A stretch of DNA of 64,000 nt, from NCBI RefSeq assembly GCF_963921235.1, contig NC_086107.1, positions 100,256,001-100,320,000 of the forward strand, in the 5' to 3' direction. How positions within the stretch are numbered: the stretch's first letter is position 1; each line of letters begins with the position of its first letter. Shown piece after piece: positions 13,861-27,080 of the stretch. Source of the stretch: Mobula hypostoma (taxonomy: Eukaryota). The position numbers were made by a program, and so were the translations under genes. A model generated the notes under the pieces. It had not been told where the DNA came from. It searched no databases and saw nothing but the letters and a program-made list of their open reading frames with translations.

Positions 13861-14245
13861 TCTTCTTCCAAAAGATGAGACAATTCGTTCCAACCTAACT
13901 TTTTCCACTTGTGTCTCTGCATTGGGAAGTGAAGTACAGAGACAAAAGTGTTACATTCTGACACCTCTTGCATCCTGAAAGGGTAACTACAGTGTCTTTG
14001 GGAATCCAGGCTTGTTTTCCACTTCAAGACTTACACAGGTTTCCATCCTGCTGTCCTAATTGAGCTTCTAGATTCTTAGCTGCTGACCTTGACCTGCTGA
14101 GTTCCTCCAGCATTTTGTGTCTGTTGCTCTGGACTCCAGCATCTGCAGAATCGCTTGTGCTTGGCTGCCAGAAGATAACGCTGACATTCATTGTACATAT
14201 AAATACATTCAGCACTCTTCAGACATTCTATTTTAGTCAGGTATT

Positions 14246-14640
14246 GGGAAGTGGCGGGCTGAAAATACGACTCCCAAGGGAGGTGTAAGGTGTTCCTTCC
14301 TTCCACAAGACTGCAGGTCACCCTTGGGCAAGGTGTAGCACCTGCTTAGCATCCCTCCCCAAACCCCCCAGCACCGCCCCCCCCCCCGCCGATCAGGGTC
14401 ACATGAAGCCATGGGACCAGGTGGTACAGATCACAAGTCCTGGTTATGCAACCACAGATGCCAGGCAGAGGATCTCTAAGGAGAATTGATAATGGCTGGG
14501 GTCACCCGTCTTGTAAAAACAATGCCTAGAAGAAGGCAATGGGAATCCACTCTGTAGAAGAATTTGCCAAGAACAATCATGATCATGGAAAGCCCATGAT
14601 CACCCACATCATACGATACCGCACATAACAAATGAGCGGA
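14246..14640 (+). mobile_element. RTE-tailed SINE-like repeat, copy 1
   Basis: Colinear with 19674-20045 (ggaggtgtaagg...gtcacccttgggcaa...gaagaaggcaatgg...ggaaag.ccatgat); BovB/RTE-like tail. Confidence 0.75.
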
Positions 14641-14907
14641 CAATTAGGTAGCAACATCATTAAACATTTCTTTTTTTTTGTTTTGAACTGGAGAAAATTT
14701 ATGAATAATCAAATACCTGTTAATCTATATGAATGACCTCAGAACATACCCTATCACAGTAGATAATCCTTGTGATCTTATTAAAGTAGACCAAAATATG
14801 CCTTTTAGGCAGTACCTTGGGATCGAAGATGATTGGCTTCCACTCTGGTTCTGTGGGTTCTCTGGTGACGTGTGATGCCATTGCAAGAACCACCGACGTT
14901 TCCACAG

Positions 14908-15218
14908 ATGCCTTGTTCTCATTGTTACCATCAGGAAGGAGGTACAGGAGCCTGAAGGCACTCAATCAATGATACACGAACAGCTTCTTCCCCTCAGCCT
15001 TCCGATTTCTGAATGGACATAGAACACATGAACACTACCTCACTACTTTTTCATTTTTATTTTCGCATTAGTTATTTAACTTAACTATTTTATATATATG
15101 TATACTTACTGCGATTCATGTTTTTTTCTATTATTATGTATTGCCTTGTACTTCTGCCGCAAAGACAAGAAATTTCACGACATATACTGGTGATATTAAA
15201 CCTGATTCTGATTCTGAT
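14908..15218 (+). mobile_element. Rex1/L2-like LINE 3' fragment
   Basis: LFSLLPSGRRYRSL-type C-terminus and (ctgatt)n tail. Confidence 0.7.
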
Positions 15219-15971
15219 AGGGCAGCAGGTGCCTGAAATCTGGCATTTTCTGCCTTTGTAAGTCTACTATTTTAGAGTGCTTCTCCTCTTACAAAACAAA
15301 GTACTTATAGATCAGACACAGTGGATTTGGGGCAAAAATGGAATTACCATATATCAGCATGTTCTGTTTTTCTGTTTCAGTTTCCAGCATTTACAGTTTT
15401 TTTTTGCTCCAGGTATTAGATTCAGACATGAATAAGGAGACAGAATTACAATCTAACATTAAAAGAACATCTTGTAAATAACAAACAGAATTTGAAGTGG
15501 ATGGGGTAACCACAAATAAGGCTTAAGGTTCAGTAAGGCGACTCTTGAGAGATGAAAAGTAAACTTAGCTGATTTGTTACTGGGTAAAAAAAAATAGAAG
15601 GAGATAATACACAATCAAGACACTTCTTTAAAAGGCAAAGGCATCTCTTACCCCAATGAGCAACTCAGTCAACAAATGAGGCAAGAGATAAGTTTAATAA
15701 GTTTCTATAAAACTTGGAAATCATGTGCACTGGAATGCAATAGATAGCAACAGAACACTCAAAAGAAGATTGTAAAAGAAAGTACTCTGTACAAAAATAA
15801 CTTGGAAGAAATATCATAGCTAACAGTGATTTTTTAAAATAAATTTATTATGTTATATCTTAACATGGGTACCACGGAAACCCAAATACACTACTGATTA
15901 CCCTTTGTCCACTCTGTTGGACCTTCAAAGAACTGTAGCAAATTTGTCAATATGTCTCTTTCATAAAACTA

Positions 15972-17600
15972 CAGGTTTCCCCCGCCATCCGAAGGTACAG
16001 CGTTCCTATGAAACGGTTCGTAAGCTGGAACGTCGTAAAGTGAAGAAGCAATTACCATTTATTTATATGGAAAAATTTGTGAGCGTTCGCAGACCCAAAA
16101 ACAACCTACCAAATCATGCCAAATAACACATAAAACCTAAAATAACAGTAACATATAGTAAAAGCAGGAATGATATGATAAATACACGGCCTATATAAAT
16201 TAGAAATACTTCTCTACAACGATTGCCTGCACTGTTCTCCGTAGCGAAAATCTCATGCAAGCGCCGTCGGCAGAAAATCTCACACAAGCGCTCTTGGGAA
16301 AAACACTCTCTCCAGTAACCTTCAGGCTATGAAGCTGCCAAATCATACCAAATAACACTTAAAAATACACAGCCGACATAAAGTAGAAATAATGTATGTA
16401 CAGTGTAGTGTCACTTACGGGAATCAGGAAGACATGGAGCATACTGATGATGGTGTGTTAGGTTGAGTCGTTGCAGGTTTGGGTGGTGCAGTGGCCCCCA
16501 CCCTCCGGGCAGCAAACCGATACCAATCCGCGAAGAATGCAGTGGCGCAGCGGTGACCGGGACACATCCAGTACATCTTTAAGAAAAAAGCCGAAATAAA
16601 CATGCTAATTAATTAGGTCCCGCCCAGCACGTAATTGTCGCCCAGATCAGAGGCTGCATCGCCTCTGATCTGAGCCGACATTTACATGCCGGGCGGCACC
16701 TAATTAATTAGGATGTTTATTTCGGCTTTTTTCTTAAAGATGTGTTGTGTGCCTCCTGGCTACCGCTGCATTCTCCACGAATCAGTATCTGTCCAGGGCC
16801 TGGGGGTTAGGGTGGTGGGACACTGGGGTGTCATCTCATCGTCGTCTGTTTCCATTAAGGCAGGCAGGTCATCTTCTTCTATGACGGCCCGCCTCGATGT
16901 CAAGGGTCAAGGTTCATCATCTGCTGTGGCTGATGTGGAAGGCTTGTTTGACTGCTGAGCCTCGTGCATTTTTCTATCATAGAGTTCTTTGTAAGCACTC
17001 AAACCATCCTGCAAATATGCCCTAAACCGACATACCCTTTCAAAATTAAAGTCGTACTTTATCATTGCAGCGAAAATCTCACGTAGTTGTGTCAGATTCA
17101 GCTCCTGGACAACTTCACCTTCGGTCCATTTGCTACTGTATTTGGTTTCGATTGTTATCCTTTCCTCTTGCAATTGCATCAGCTCTTCATCTATCAGTTC
17201 TTGGTCTTGAGATGCCAAAACTTCTTCAACATCATCTTCGTCAACTTCCACAAGCCAAACTCACTTCGTCTTTCCTTCGTTCACCACGATCGAAGTGCTT
17301 AATTATGTCTAGTTTTACGCTAAGTGTAACACCCTTACAAGTTCTTTTAGGCTTTTCCGATACCTTAGTACTCATCTTGCTAACGGCTGCTCACAGGCAC
17401 GTGTTTAAGCAATGCCAGCGAGAATGCAGTTCCGAATCCGGGGGAAAGTGGCTGCTCGGGGCGCGCGCTGCTTTTTCCGCGTGCTGCCTTTTTTCGTAAC
17501 AGTGAAAACACCTTCTGTTAGCGAAAACAGGGAACTAATGTAGGTCTTTCGTAACAGTGAGGTTTCGTAAAGCGAACGTTCGAAAAGCGGGGGACACCTG
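15972..17600 (-). mobile_element. Tigger/pogo-like non-autonomous DNA transposon, complete, internally deleted transposase
   Basis: TA on both sides; imperfect TIRs CAGGTTTCCCCCGCCATCCGAA / CAGGTGTCCCCCGCTTTTCGAA. Minus-strand remnants KGVTLSVKLDIIK.FDRGE (CENP-B-type HTH) and EVDEDDVEEVLASQDQELIDEEL; no DDE core seen. Confidence 0.88.
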
Positions 17601-18089
17601 TACATGGACTGTACTTGAATATCCTGCTATTTCCTAAAAGGTTCTGCTGTTATATTATTAATCACTTCTGGGGTAGTCATTGGATCCTCTCAAGTTACAA
17701 GGAAGGTTGGTGGGTTAATTGAAATGTTTGGGCCTATATTGTGTTTAATATTTCAATTACCTGCAAAGTAATAAATACAAAAAGACATTCATTTGATGAA
17801 TAACTTCCAGTATCTGGAAGAGGATATTCATTGGCCCTCCCATGCAAAATCAGGAATGTCAGCTTGTTTAATAGATTTTTTGCAGCTGATGACTGTTGTA
17901 ATACCAAGAGATTGTTCCCAGATAATACCTTATTACTGAAGTTTAAACAAAAGTTAAAAGTTCACAAAATGAACGTGATTGTATGAATTAAAAGAACTGG
18001 AAATCTGAAAATGAAAACAAAAACAATGAGAAATACACAGCAGAAATTGTCTAAAGAGAACAAAATTAACTTATCAGTTTTGAGCTTCT

Positions 18090-19290
18090 TCATAGAACAT
18101 AGAAATCTACAGCATATTACAGGCCCTTTGGCCCACAATGTTGTGCCAACCATGTAACCTACTCTAGAAACTGCCTAGAGTTACCCTATTGCATAGCCCT
18201 CTATTTTTCTAAGCTCCATGTACTTATCTAAGAGTCTCTTGACCCTATTGTATCCAACTCCACCACCGTCACCAGCAGTACATTCCATGCACCCATCACT
18301 CTCTGTGTGAAAAACTTATCCCTGACATCTCCTCTGTACCTACTTCTAAGAAACTTAAAAATATGCCCCATGTTAGCCATTTCAGCCCTGGGAAAAAGCC
18401 TTTGGCTATTCACATAATCAATGCCACTCATCATCTTATACACCTCTAATCCTCCAATGCTCTAAGGAGAAAAGGCCAAGTTCACTCAACCTATTCTCAT
18501 AAGGTATGCTCTCCAATCCAGATAACATCCTTGTAAATCACCTCTGCACTCTCTCTACAGTAACCATATGCTTTCTGTAGTGAGGTGACCAGAACTGAAC
18601 ACAGTGATCCAAGTGGGGTTTGACCAAGGTCTTATACAGTATAGCTGTAACATTACCTCATGGCTCTTGAACTCAGTCCTATGGTTGATGAATGCCAACA
18701 CACCATGTGCCTTCCTAACAACACTGTCAACCTGCGGAGCAGCTTTGAGTGTCCTATGGACATGGACCCCAAGATCCCTCTGATCCTCCACACTGCCAAG
18801 AATCTTGCCAGAATATTTGAAGATATTCTGTCTTCAAATTTGACCTGCCAAAATTAACCACTTAGTACTTATCTGGGTTGAACTCCATCTGCCACATCTC
18901 AGCCCAGTTCTGCATCCTATCAATGTCCTACAATAACCTCTGACAATCCTCCAGACGATCCACAAGAGCCCCAACCTTTGTGTCATCAGCAAACTTACTA
19001 ACCCATCCTTCTACTTCTTCATCCAGGTCATTTATAGAAATCACAAAAAGGAGGGGTCCCAGAATAGATCCCTGCGGAACATCACTGGTCACCGACCTCC
19101 AGGTAGGATACAAGAAAAAATAAACATCTATAACCATCCTTTGCCTTCTGTAGGCAAGCGAATTCTGGATCCACAAAGCAAGGTCTCCTTGGATCCCATG
19201 TCTCCTTACTTTCTGAATGAGCCTTGCATGGGGAGCCTCACTGAAATCCATATACTGTGCACTACATCCATTGCTCTACCTTCATCACGT
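18090..19290 (-). mobile_element. CR1 LINE 3' fragment
   Basis: ORF pieces VPQGSILGPLLFV, KFADDTKVG, QRDLGVHVH, LFPRAEMAN; ttctatg tail. Confidence 0.88.
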
Positions 19291-19673
19291 GATGTTTACT
19301 CGGCTCTGCACTGAACTGAGGCTGAGGCTATGGCCTGCTCTGTGCTTCAGGTCTGTGGACTCACTCTTGCTCTGAATGCTATTTGCTTACTTTTATTGTT
19401 TACTACATATGTTTTCTTTTCTTTCCCTCTGCACTTTGGGTGTTTGAAGGTCTTCTTTTTTAATGGGTTCTTTTGGGTTTCTTTGTTTTGTGGCTGCCTG
19501 TAAAGAGACAAACCTCAAGGTTGTACAATATGTACATACTTTGAGAGTAAATGTACTTTGAACAGTTTTACTTATGACAATAGAACACCAAATGGCCATC
19601 TTAGCTCATCAAACACATCGACCTCTCACCTTTTTTTTGAATCAACGATTCATCAATTTTGGGTGGTGGGGTG

Positions 19674-20045
19674 GAGGTGTAAGGAGGTGTAAGGCCCTTC
19701 TTCCCTCCTCTAGCCTGCAAGTCACCCTTGGGCAATGTGTGGTACCTGCTCAGCCACCACCCCCCACCCCCGATTAGGATCACGTGAAGCCATGGGTGCA
19801 GGTGGCGGATGGCCATATCAGCAGCTGGTGCATATCACAAATCCTGGTTATGTGACCACTGGTGCCAGGCAGACAATCTCTGAAGAGTATTGATAATGGC
19901 TGTGGTCACCTGTCTTGTAAAGACACTGCCCAGAAGAAGGCAGTGGCAAGCCACTTCCAATGAAAAATTTGCCAAGAACATTCATGATCATGGAAAGACC
20001 ATGATTGCCTACGTCATATCATATGGCACATAACAAACAAACAAA
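19674..20045 (+). mobile_element. RTE-tailed SINE-like repeat, copy 2
   Basis: Same sequence blocks as 14246-14640; ends in (aaac)n. Confidence 0.75.
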
Positions 20046-20757
20046 TTCATCAATATGAGTGTTCCAAGGGCTGGCCGTTCTGTAAAGAATTTCCAAATTT
20101 TGATGTTTAGAATCAAGATGATTAGGTCATGATGATGGATGGGCCTGTGTGAATTCATCCATATCTAATCATTTTAGTTCTGAAACGTGATTTGAGAGAT
20201 GGATGCTGTTGGATGGGCTATGATAGCCAGAATGGCCATCTACTGTCATAAGTAAAAATAAATCTGATGAAGGGACTTCAGCTGGATAAATTAATTCATG
20301 ACTAGAGGTCAAAGGGAGCATGTTGGGAATGGGGCTAGCAACCCCATTTCATAAAAACCCAGAGCCAGAGAAGCACCATCAGAAGCTCCAAGGACCTCAT
20401 TCCCAGGACAGAGAGGAAGGATCTTCACCTAGAAAAAGATGAGTTACACCTGGAGATAACTTGAAAGACTGACCCAGGACAGAGGACTCTGGCGAGCTGC
20501 TGTTGGTGGCCTGGGTGAAATTCACGGGCTCATAGACTGTGAATACCAGTAGTTGGTATCAGTAATAAATTTTTTAAAATGCAGAAATGTCTGGCTACAT
20601 CAGAAAGGTAGATGCATTTGATTGCACAACAGATAACTGGATGATGTACACTAAACAAACTGAGGAGTACATTGAAGGAAATGAAATAGCCAATGAAAAA
20701 TGAGTGCCAGTGTTGCTCAGTGCAATTGGTGGAAAAGCATACAGTTTGCTAAGAAGT

Positions 20758-21580
20758 TCAAGGTACACTTATTATCAAAGTATATGCAGCATACTCTGAG
20801 ATTCGTCTTCTCCAAACAGTCACGAAACAAAGAAAATCATGGAAGCCATTCAAAGAAAAACATCAACCCTCCATATACAAAAAAATACAAATTGTGAAAA
20901 CAGTAACAAGAACATTAAACCCCAAACCCTAACCCCTTACACAAAAAAACAAACCACGCAAACAGTAACAGGAACTTCAAACCCCAAACCCCCACACAAA
21001 AAAAATTGTGCAAATGCCATCAAAAACATCAAACCCTAAACTCCCCCCACAAAAAAACTGCGCAAATGGCAACAAGAACATCAAATCCCAAACCTCACAA
21101 CCCCCTGTGCAAAAAAAAAACAAATTGCACAAATGGTAACTGGAAATAATGGGTGAAAACACAGAATACAAAACATTAAACTGAAAGAATCCAATTGAAC
21201 TACAGTCCAATCCATAAAACACAGACCCAGAATTTTGGTATCATCTTCCAAAAGCATTGAGGGAGAAAGAGAGACCACTGGAACACGGGGCTTTCCCTTG
21301 GGCAGGAGCAGCAAGTCCGTCACACACAAATACCTCTTCTGACAACAGCAAACAAGAGGCTGGCAGATGGCACTAAACACTCACTCCCCTTCCACATTCA
21401 CCTCAATGTTTCAATCTTCCTCAACGCTTTAATCAGTGAGATTGGTAAGAAATGGAGTCGATCATGGGCCCACGCTCCATCTCTAAGTTTCCAGGCCTCG
21501 TGGCTGCTCGCCTCCTGAAAACAGCAAAGCGTCAGATCGCTCAGTCATTCTTCAAACTGTAGGTCACAGGCTCTAAAAGT
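20758..21580 (-). mobile_element. LINE-tail-like insertion in Gypsy gag, containing an approximately 60-bp tandem repeat
   Basis: Gag homology breaks at aagtt and resumes after aagtt. About five units of caagaacat(c/t)aaacccc...acaaaaaaa..gcaaa at 20850-21140. Confidence 0.6.
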
Positions 21581-22112
21581 TAAACTGCTTCAACTAAATC
21601 AGCCGGAATGAGCTTTGCTGATATCATGAATGTAATGAAGGAACATTTAGAACTGAAACCATTGTTGATTGTAGACACTTTAGCTTTCATGAACAAAATT
21701 AAAAGGAAGGGGTTCTGTTTACTGAGCTAAATTGAAGAAATTGGTCTAGCATTGTCAGTTCAGTGATGGGCTTAATGGTGCACTGAGAGTTGGTTTAGTT
21801 TGTGGAATCTTTCAAGAAAACATACAAAAAACACTCCTAACTGAAGCACAACTCATATTTGAAAGAGCAGTTGAAATTGCTGTACCAATGGAAACAGAAC
21901 TGAGTTGCAGTCAGGAATAAAAGTTATTGTGAGCAAAATTGCAACGTCTAAACAGAAACCTGCCTAGCCAAACAAATCGTGTTACCGATGTGGCAGGGGC
22001 TCACACAGACCAGACCAATGCAGGTTTAAAGGCAAAACTTACTGGAAATGTAACAAAGTAGGATACATAAAAAGAGCATGTCAGGTAGACAAAAATAAAT
22101 GAACTACACAGG

Positions 22113-23847
22113 AAAAAGAAATAATAATGGGGAAGAAGGAGATGGTAGATAAACTAAAGGAGTATTTTGCATTAGTCTTCACTGTGGAAGACACTAGCAG
22201 TGTACCAGATGTTGAAAGGTGTGAGGGAAGAGCAGTGGGTGCAGTTACTACTTTAAGGTGTCAAAAAGCTGAAAGACCTAAGGGTACATAAATCACCTGG
22301 ACCAAATGAACTGCACCCTAGGGTTCTGAAAGAGGTAGCAGCAGAGCCTGTGGAGGCATAAGAAATTATCTTTCAAAACTCAATGGACTCCGGCATGGTG
22401 CCAGAGGACTGGAAAACTCCACTCTTTAAGAAAGGAGGAAGGGAACAGAAAGGAAATTACAGACTAATTAACCTGACCTCAGTGGTTGGGAAGATGTTGT
22501 AGTCAATTGTTAAGGATGAGGTTATGGAATACTTGGTGTCACAGGACAAGATAGGACAAAGTCAGCATGATTTTCTTAAGGGAAAATCTTGCCTGAAGAA
22601 CCTGTTGGAATTCTTTGAGGAGATTACAAGTAGGGTAGATAAAGGGGATGCAGAGGATGTTGTACATTTGGACTTTCAGAAGGCCTTTGACAAGGTGCCA
22701 CACATGAGGCTGCTTACCAAGTTAAGACCCCATGGTATTATAGGAAAGTTACTAACATGGTTAGAGCATTGGCTGATTGGTAGGAAGCAGCAAGTGGGAA
22801 TGAAAGGATCCTTTTCTTGTTGGCTGCCAGTGACTAGTGGTGTTCCGCAGGGGTCGGTGTTGGGATTGCTTCTTTTTATGCTGTATATCAATGATTTACA
22901 TGATGGTATAGATGGCTTTGTTGACAGGTTTACAGATAATACAAAGATTGGTGGAGGGATAGGTAGGGTTGAGGTATGCTGCAGAAGGATTTAGACAGAT
23001 TAGGAGAATAGCAAGAAAGTGGCAAATGGAACACAACGTTGTAAAATACATGGTCATGCCCTTTGGTAGTAGAAATAGATGTGTAGACTATTTTCTAAAT
23101 GGGGGAAAAAATCCAAAAACCTGTGATGCAAAGACACTTGGGAGTCCTTGTGCAGAACACCCTGAAGATTAATGAAGGTTGAGTCAGTGGTGAGGAAGGC
23201 AAAAGTGATGCTAGCATTCATTTCAAGAGGTCTAGAATACATGAGCAAGGATGTGATGCTGAGGTTTTGTAAGGCACTGGTGAGGCCTCACCTTCAGTAT
23301 TGTGAATAGTTTTGGGCTCCTCATCTAAGAAAAGACATATTGGCATTGGAGAGAGATCAGAGGAGGTTCACAAAGGTGATTCCACGAATGAAAGGGTTAT
23401 TATACAAGGAACATTTGATGGCTCTGGGTTTGCATTCGCTGGGATTTAGAAGGATGAAAATGGATCTCATTGAAACTTTTTGAATGTTGAAAGGCCTAGA
23501 CAGGGTAGATGTGGAAAGGATGTTTCCCATGCTGGGGGAGTCTAGGACAAGAGGGCACAGCCTCAGGATAGAGGGGCGTCCATTTAAAACAGAGATGCAG
23601 AGAAATTTGTTCAGCAGAGGGTGGTGAATTTATGGAATTTTGTTACCACAGGTAGCTGTGGAAGCCAGATCATTGGGATTATTAAGGCAGAGTTGATAGG
23701 TTCTTCATTGGACATGGCATCAAAAGTTACGGGGAGAAGGCCAGTGAGCGGGGCTGAGGAGAGGAAAAAAAGGATCAGTCACGGTTGAATGGTGGAGCAA
23801 ACTCAGGGGACCAAATGGCCTAATTCTGCTCCTATGTCTTATGGTCT
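22113..23847 (+). mobile_element. CR1 LINE, 5'-truncated
   Basis: ORF 22524-22994 LDFQKAFDKVPH..SGVPQGSVLG; tail tcctatgtcttatggtct. Confidence 0.92.
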
Positions 23848-23852
23848 AATTA

Positions 23853-24560
23853 TTGGAGGATCAGAGGGGGAGAAGGTCAGTAACTTTAAATTCCTGGGTG
23901 TCACTATCACAGAGAACCTATCCTGGACACATCATACAAAATATAACAGCGCCTCCTAATGTCAGGAGTCTACAGAGATTTAGCACATCATCAAAAACCT
24001 TGGCAAACCTCTACAGATGTGTGGTGGAAAAGGTGCTGACTGGATGCACTACTGCCTGATATGGGAACACCAATTCCTTTGAGTGGAAAAGCCTTCAAAA
24101 GATAGTGGATTCGGCCCAGTACATCACGGGTAAATCCCTCCCAACCATTGAGCACATCCACATGAAACATTGCTGCAGAAAAGCAACATCCATCAAGAAA
24201 GATCCTCGCCACCAAGGCCATGCTCCTTTCTCGCTGCTGCCAGCAGATAGAAGGTACAAGTACCTCAGGTCTCAGACCACCAGGTTCAAGAACAGTTACA
24301 GGTTCAAGAACTCAGCCATGAGGCTCTTGAACCAGAGGATAACTACATTCAAGGACTCTTTTATCTTGTTATTTTATGCTCATTATTTACTGCTATTTAT
24401 TTATTATCTGCATTTGCACAGTTTGTTTACAGTTTACAGATCCTGTTTACAATTACTACTCTATAGATTTGCTAAGTACACTCACAGAAAAAAGAATCTC
24501 AGTGTTGTATGTGTTGAAATGTATGTACTCTGATAATAAATTTACTTTGACCTTTGAACA
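23853..24560 (+). mobile_element. Rex1/L2-like LINE 3' fragment
   Basis: TLANLYRCVVE.VLTGC, IKKDPRHQGHAPFSLLP; tail aataaatttactttgacctttgaac. Confidence 0.75.
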
Positions 24561-24602
24561 AGATTATTTGAGGCACAGATATAGTGGACAGAGAGTCCAA
24601 CT

Positions 24603-26740
24603 GCAGACAAGAGAAAGTCTGCTGTAAATTCAACCAACACTCACAAAATGCTGGGGGAGCTCAGCAGGCCAGGCAGCATCCATGGAAATGAGTAGAGTCA
24701 ATATTTTGGCCGAGACCCTTCATCAGGACTGGAGAAAAAAAATGATGAGGAGTCAGAGTAAGAAGGTGGGGTGGAAGAAACACAAGGAGATAGGTGAAAC
24801 TGGGAGGGGGAGGGGTGAAATAAAGAGCTGGATAGTTGATTGGTGAAAGAGATACAGGGCTGGAGAAGGGGGACCTAGGAGAGGACAGAAGGCCATGGAA
24901 GAAAGAAAAGGAGGTGGAGCACCAGAGGGAGGCGATTGGCAGGTAAGGAGATAAGGTGAGAGAACGAAATGGTTATGAAGAATGGTGAACGTGGGTGGAG
25001 GCATTACCAGAAGTTCGAGAAATTGATGTTCGTGCCATCAGGTTGGAGGCTACCCAGATGGACTATAATGTGTTGCTCCTCCAACCTGAATGTGGCCTCA
25101 TCGTGACAGTAGAGGAGGCCATGGACTGACATGTCGGAATGGGAAGTGGAATTAAAATAGGTAGCCACTGGGAGATCCTGCTTTTTCTGGCGGATGGAAC
25201 ATAGGCGCTCGGTGAAACAGTCTCCCAATCTACGTCGGGTCTCACCAATATACAGGAGGCTACACTGGGAGCATCGGATACAATAGATGACCCCAACAGA
25301 TTCACAGGTGAAGCGTCACCTCACCTGGAAGGGTTGTTTGGGGCCCTGAATGGTAGTGAGGGAGGAGGTGTAGGGGCAGGTGTAGCACTTGTTCCACTTG
25401 CAAGGATAAGGGCCGGGAGGGAGATCAGTGGGGAGGGACGAATGGCCAAGGGAGTCACATAGGGAACGATCCCTGTGGAAAGCAGAAATTCAGGGGAGGG
25501 AAAGACGTGCTTGGTAGTGGGATCCCGTGGGAGATGGCAGAAGTTAAGGAGAATTATATGCTGGACACGGAGGATAGTGTGGTGGTATGTGATGATAAGA
25601 GGAACCCTATCTCTGATGGTGTGACGGGAGGATGTGGTGAATGCAGACGTGCACGAAATGGAAGAGATACGGCTGAGGGCAGTGTTGATGGTGGACGAAG
25701 GGAAGCCCCTTTCTTAAAGAAGTACATCTCCTTTCTTTCTGGAATGAAAAGCCGCATCCTGAGAGCAGATGTATTGGAGACGGAGGAATTGAGAGAAGGG
25801 GATGGCATTTTTTCAAGTAACAGGGTGGGAAGATGTATAGCCCAGGTAGCTGTGAGAGTCCATGGGTTTATAATAGACATCAGTAGATAAGCTGTCTCTG
25901 GAGATAGAGACAGAGAGCTTGAGAAAGAGGAGGGAGGTGTCAGTAATGGACCAAGTAAATTTGAGGGCGGGGTGGAAGCTGGAGGCAATATTGATGAAGT
26001 CGATGAGCTCTGCAAGGGTGCAGGAAGCAGCACCAATGCAGTCATCGATGTAGCGTAGGAAAAATGGAAGACGGTCACCAGTGTAGGCTTGGAACATAGA
26101 CCGTCCCATGTAGCTGACAAAAAGGCAGGCGTAGCTGGGAACCATGCGAGTACCCGTAGCTACATCTTTTGTTTGAAGAAAGTGAGAGCAGCCAAAGGAG
26201 AAATTATTGAGAGTGAGGACAAGTTCCAGTAGACGGAGGAGAGTGGTGGTGGAGGGGAACTGGTTGGGTCTGGTGTTAAGAAAGAAACAGAAAGCTTTCA
26301 GGCCTTCCTGGTGAGGGATGGAGGTGTAAAGGGACTGGACATCCATAGTGAAAATAAGATGATCGGGGCCAGGGAACTGGAAGTTATTGAAAAGATGAAG
26401 AACATGTGAAGTGTCATGGATGTAGGTAGGAAGAGACTGAACCAGGGAGGATAAAACCGAGTGGAGGTTATGCAGATATGAGTTCAGTGGGGCAGGAACA
26501 AGTAGAAACAATGGGTCTACCTGGACAGGCAGGTTTGTGGATCTTGGGTAGGAGGTAGAAACGGGAGGTGTGGGATGAGGGAACTATGAGATTGGTGACA
26601 GTGGATGGGAGATCCCCAGAGTCAATAAGTACGGAGATGGTGTGGGAAACAATGGCCTGGTGCTCCTTAGTGGGATCCTGTTTGAGGGGTAAGTAAGAGG
26701 AAGTGTTTGACAGTTGTTGCTGGGCTTCAGAAAGGTAGAG
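24603..26740 (-). mobile_element. Penelope-like retroelement (RT and GIY-YIG), degraded
   Basis: ORF 25813-26511 FTMDVQSLYTSIP, GTRMVPSYACLFV, RYIDDC. GIY-YIG tail 25004-25350 is homologous to 5482-5808, with the same terminal repeat. Confidence 0.92.
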
Positions 26741-26744
26741 AGTA

Positions 26745-27080
26745 TCTGCTTCTCAGGGTTGAAATGAGTAATGCCAGAAGGCATGCATTGAAGGTGAGAG
26801 AAGGTAGGTTCAAGGGGGATGTGAGAGGTACATTTTTTACTCAGAGAGTGGTGGATGCCTGGAATGTGCTGCCTTGTATGGTGGTAGAGGAAAACACACT
26901 AGAGGCTTTTAAGAAGAGATGCTTGGGTAAGCACATGGACATAAGGAAAATGGAGGGCTATGGACATGGCGTAGGTAGAAGGGATTAGTGTTTGGGTGTT
27001 TTTGATCTGCTTTTTAGCTGGTTTGGCACAACACTGTGGGCTAAATGGCCTGTTCCTGTGTTGTACTGTTCTATGTTCTA
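26745..27080 (+). mobile_element. CR1 3'-end fragment
   Basis: HALKVREGRFKGDVRGTFFTQRVVDAWNVLP; ttctatg tail. A similar copy lies at 47970-48238. Confidence 0.85.

Noticed and set aside
20850..21140. CRISPR-like repeat/spacer appearance
   Set aside because: Eukaryotic DNA; the units are whole tandem duplications with no unique spacers or cas genes.
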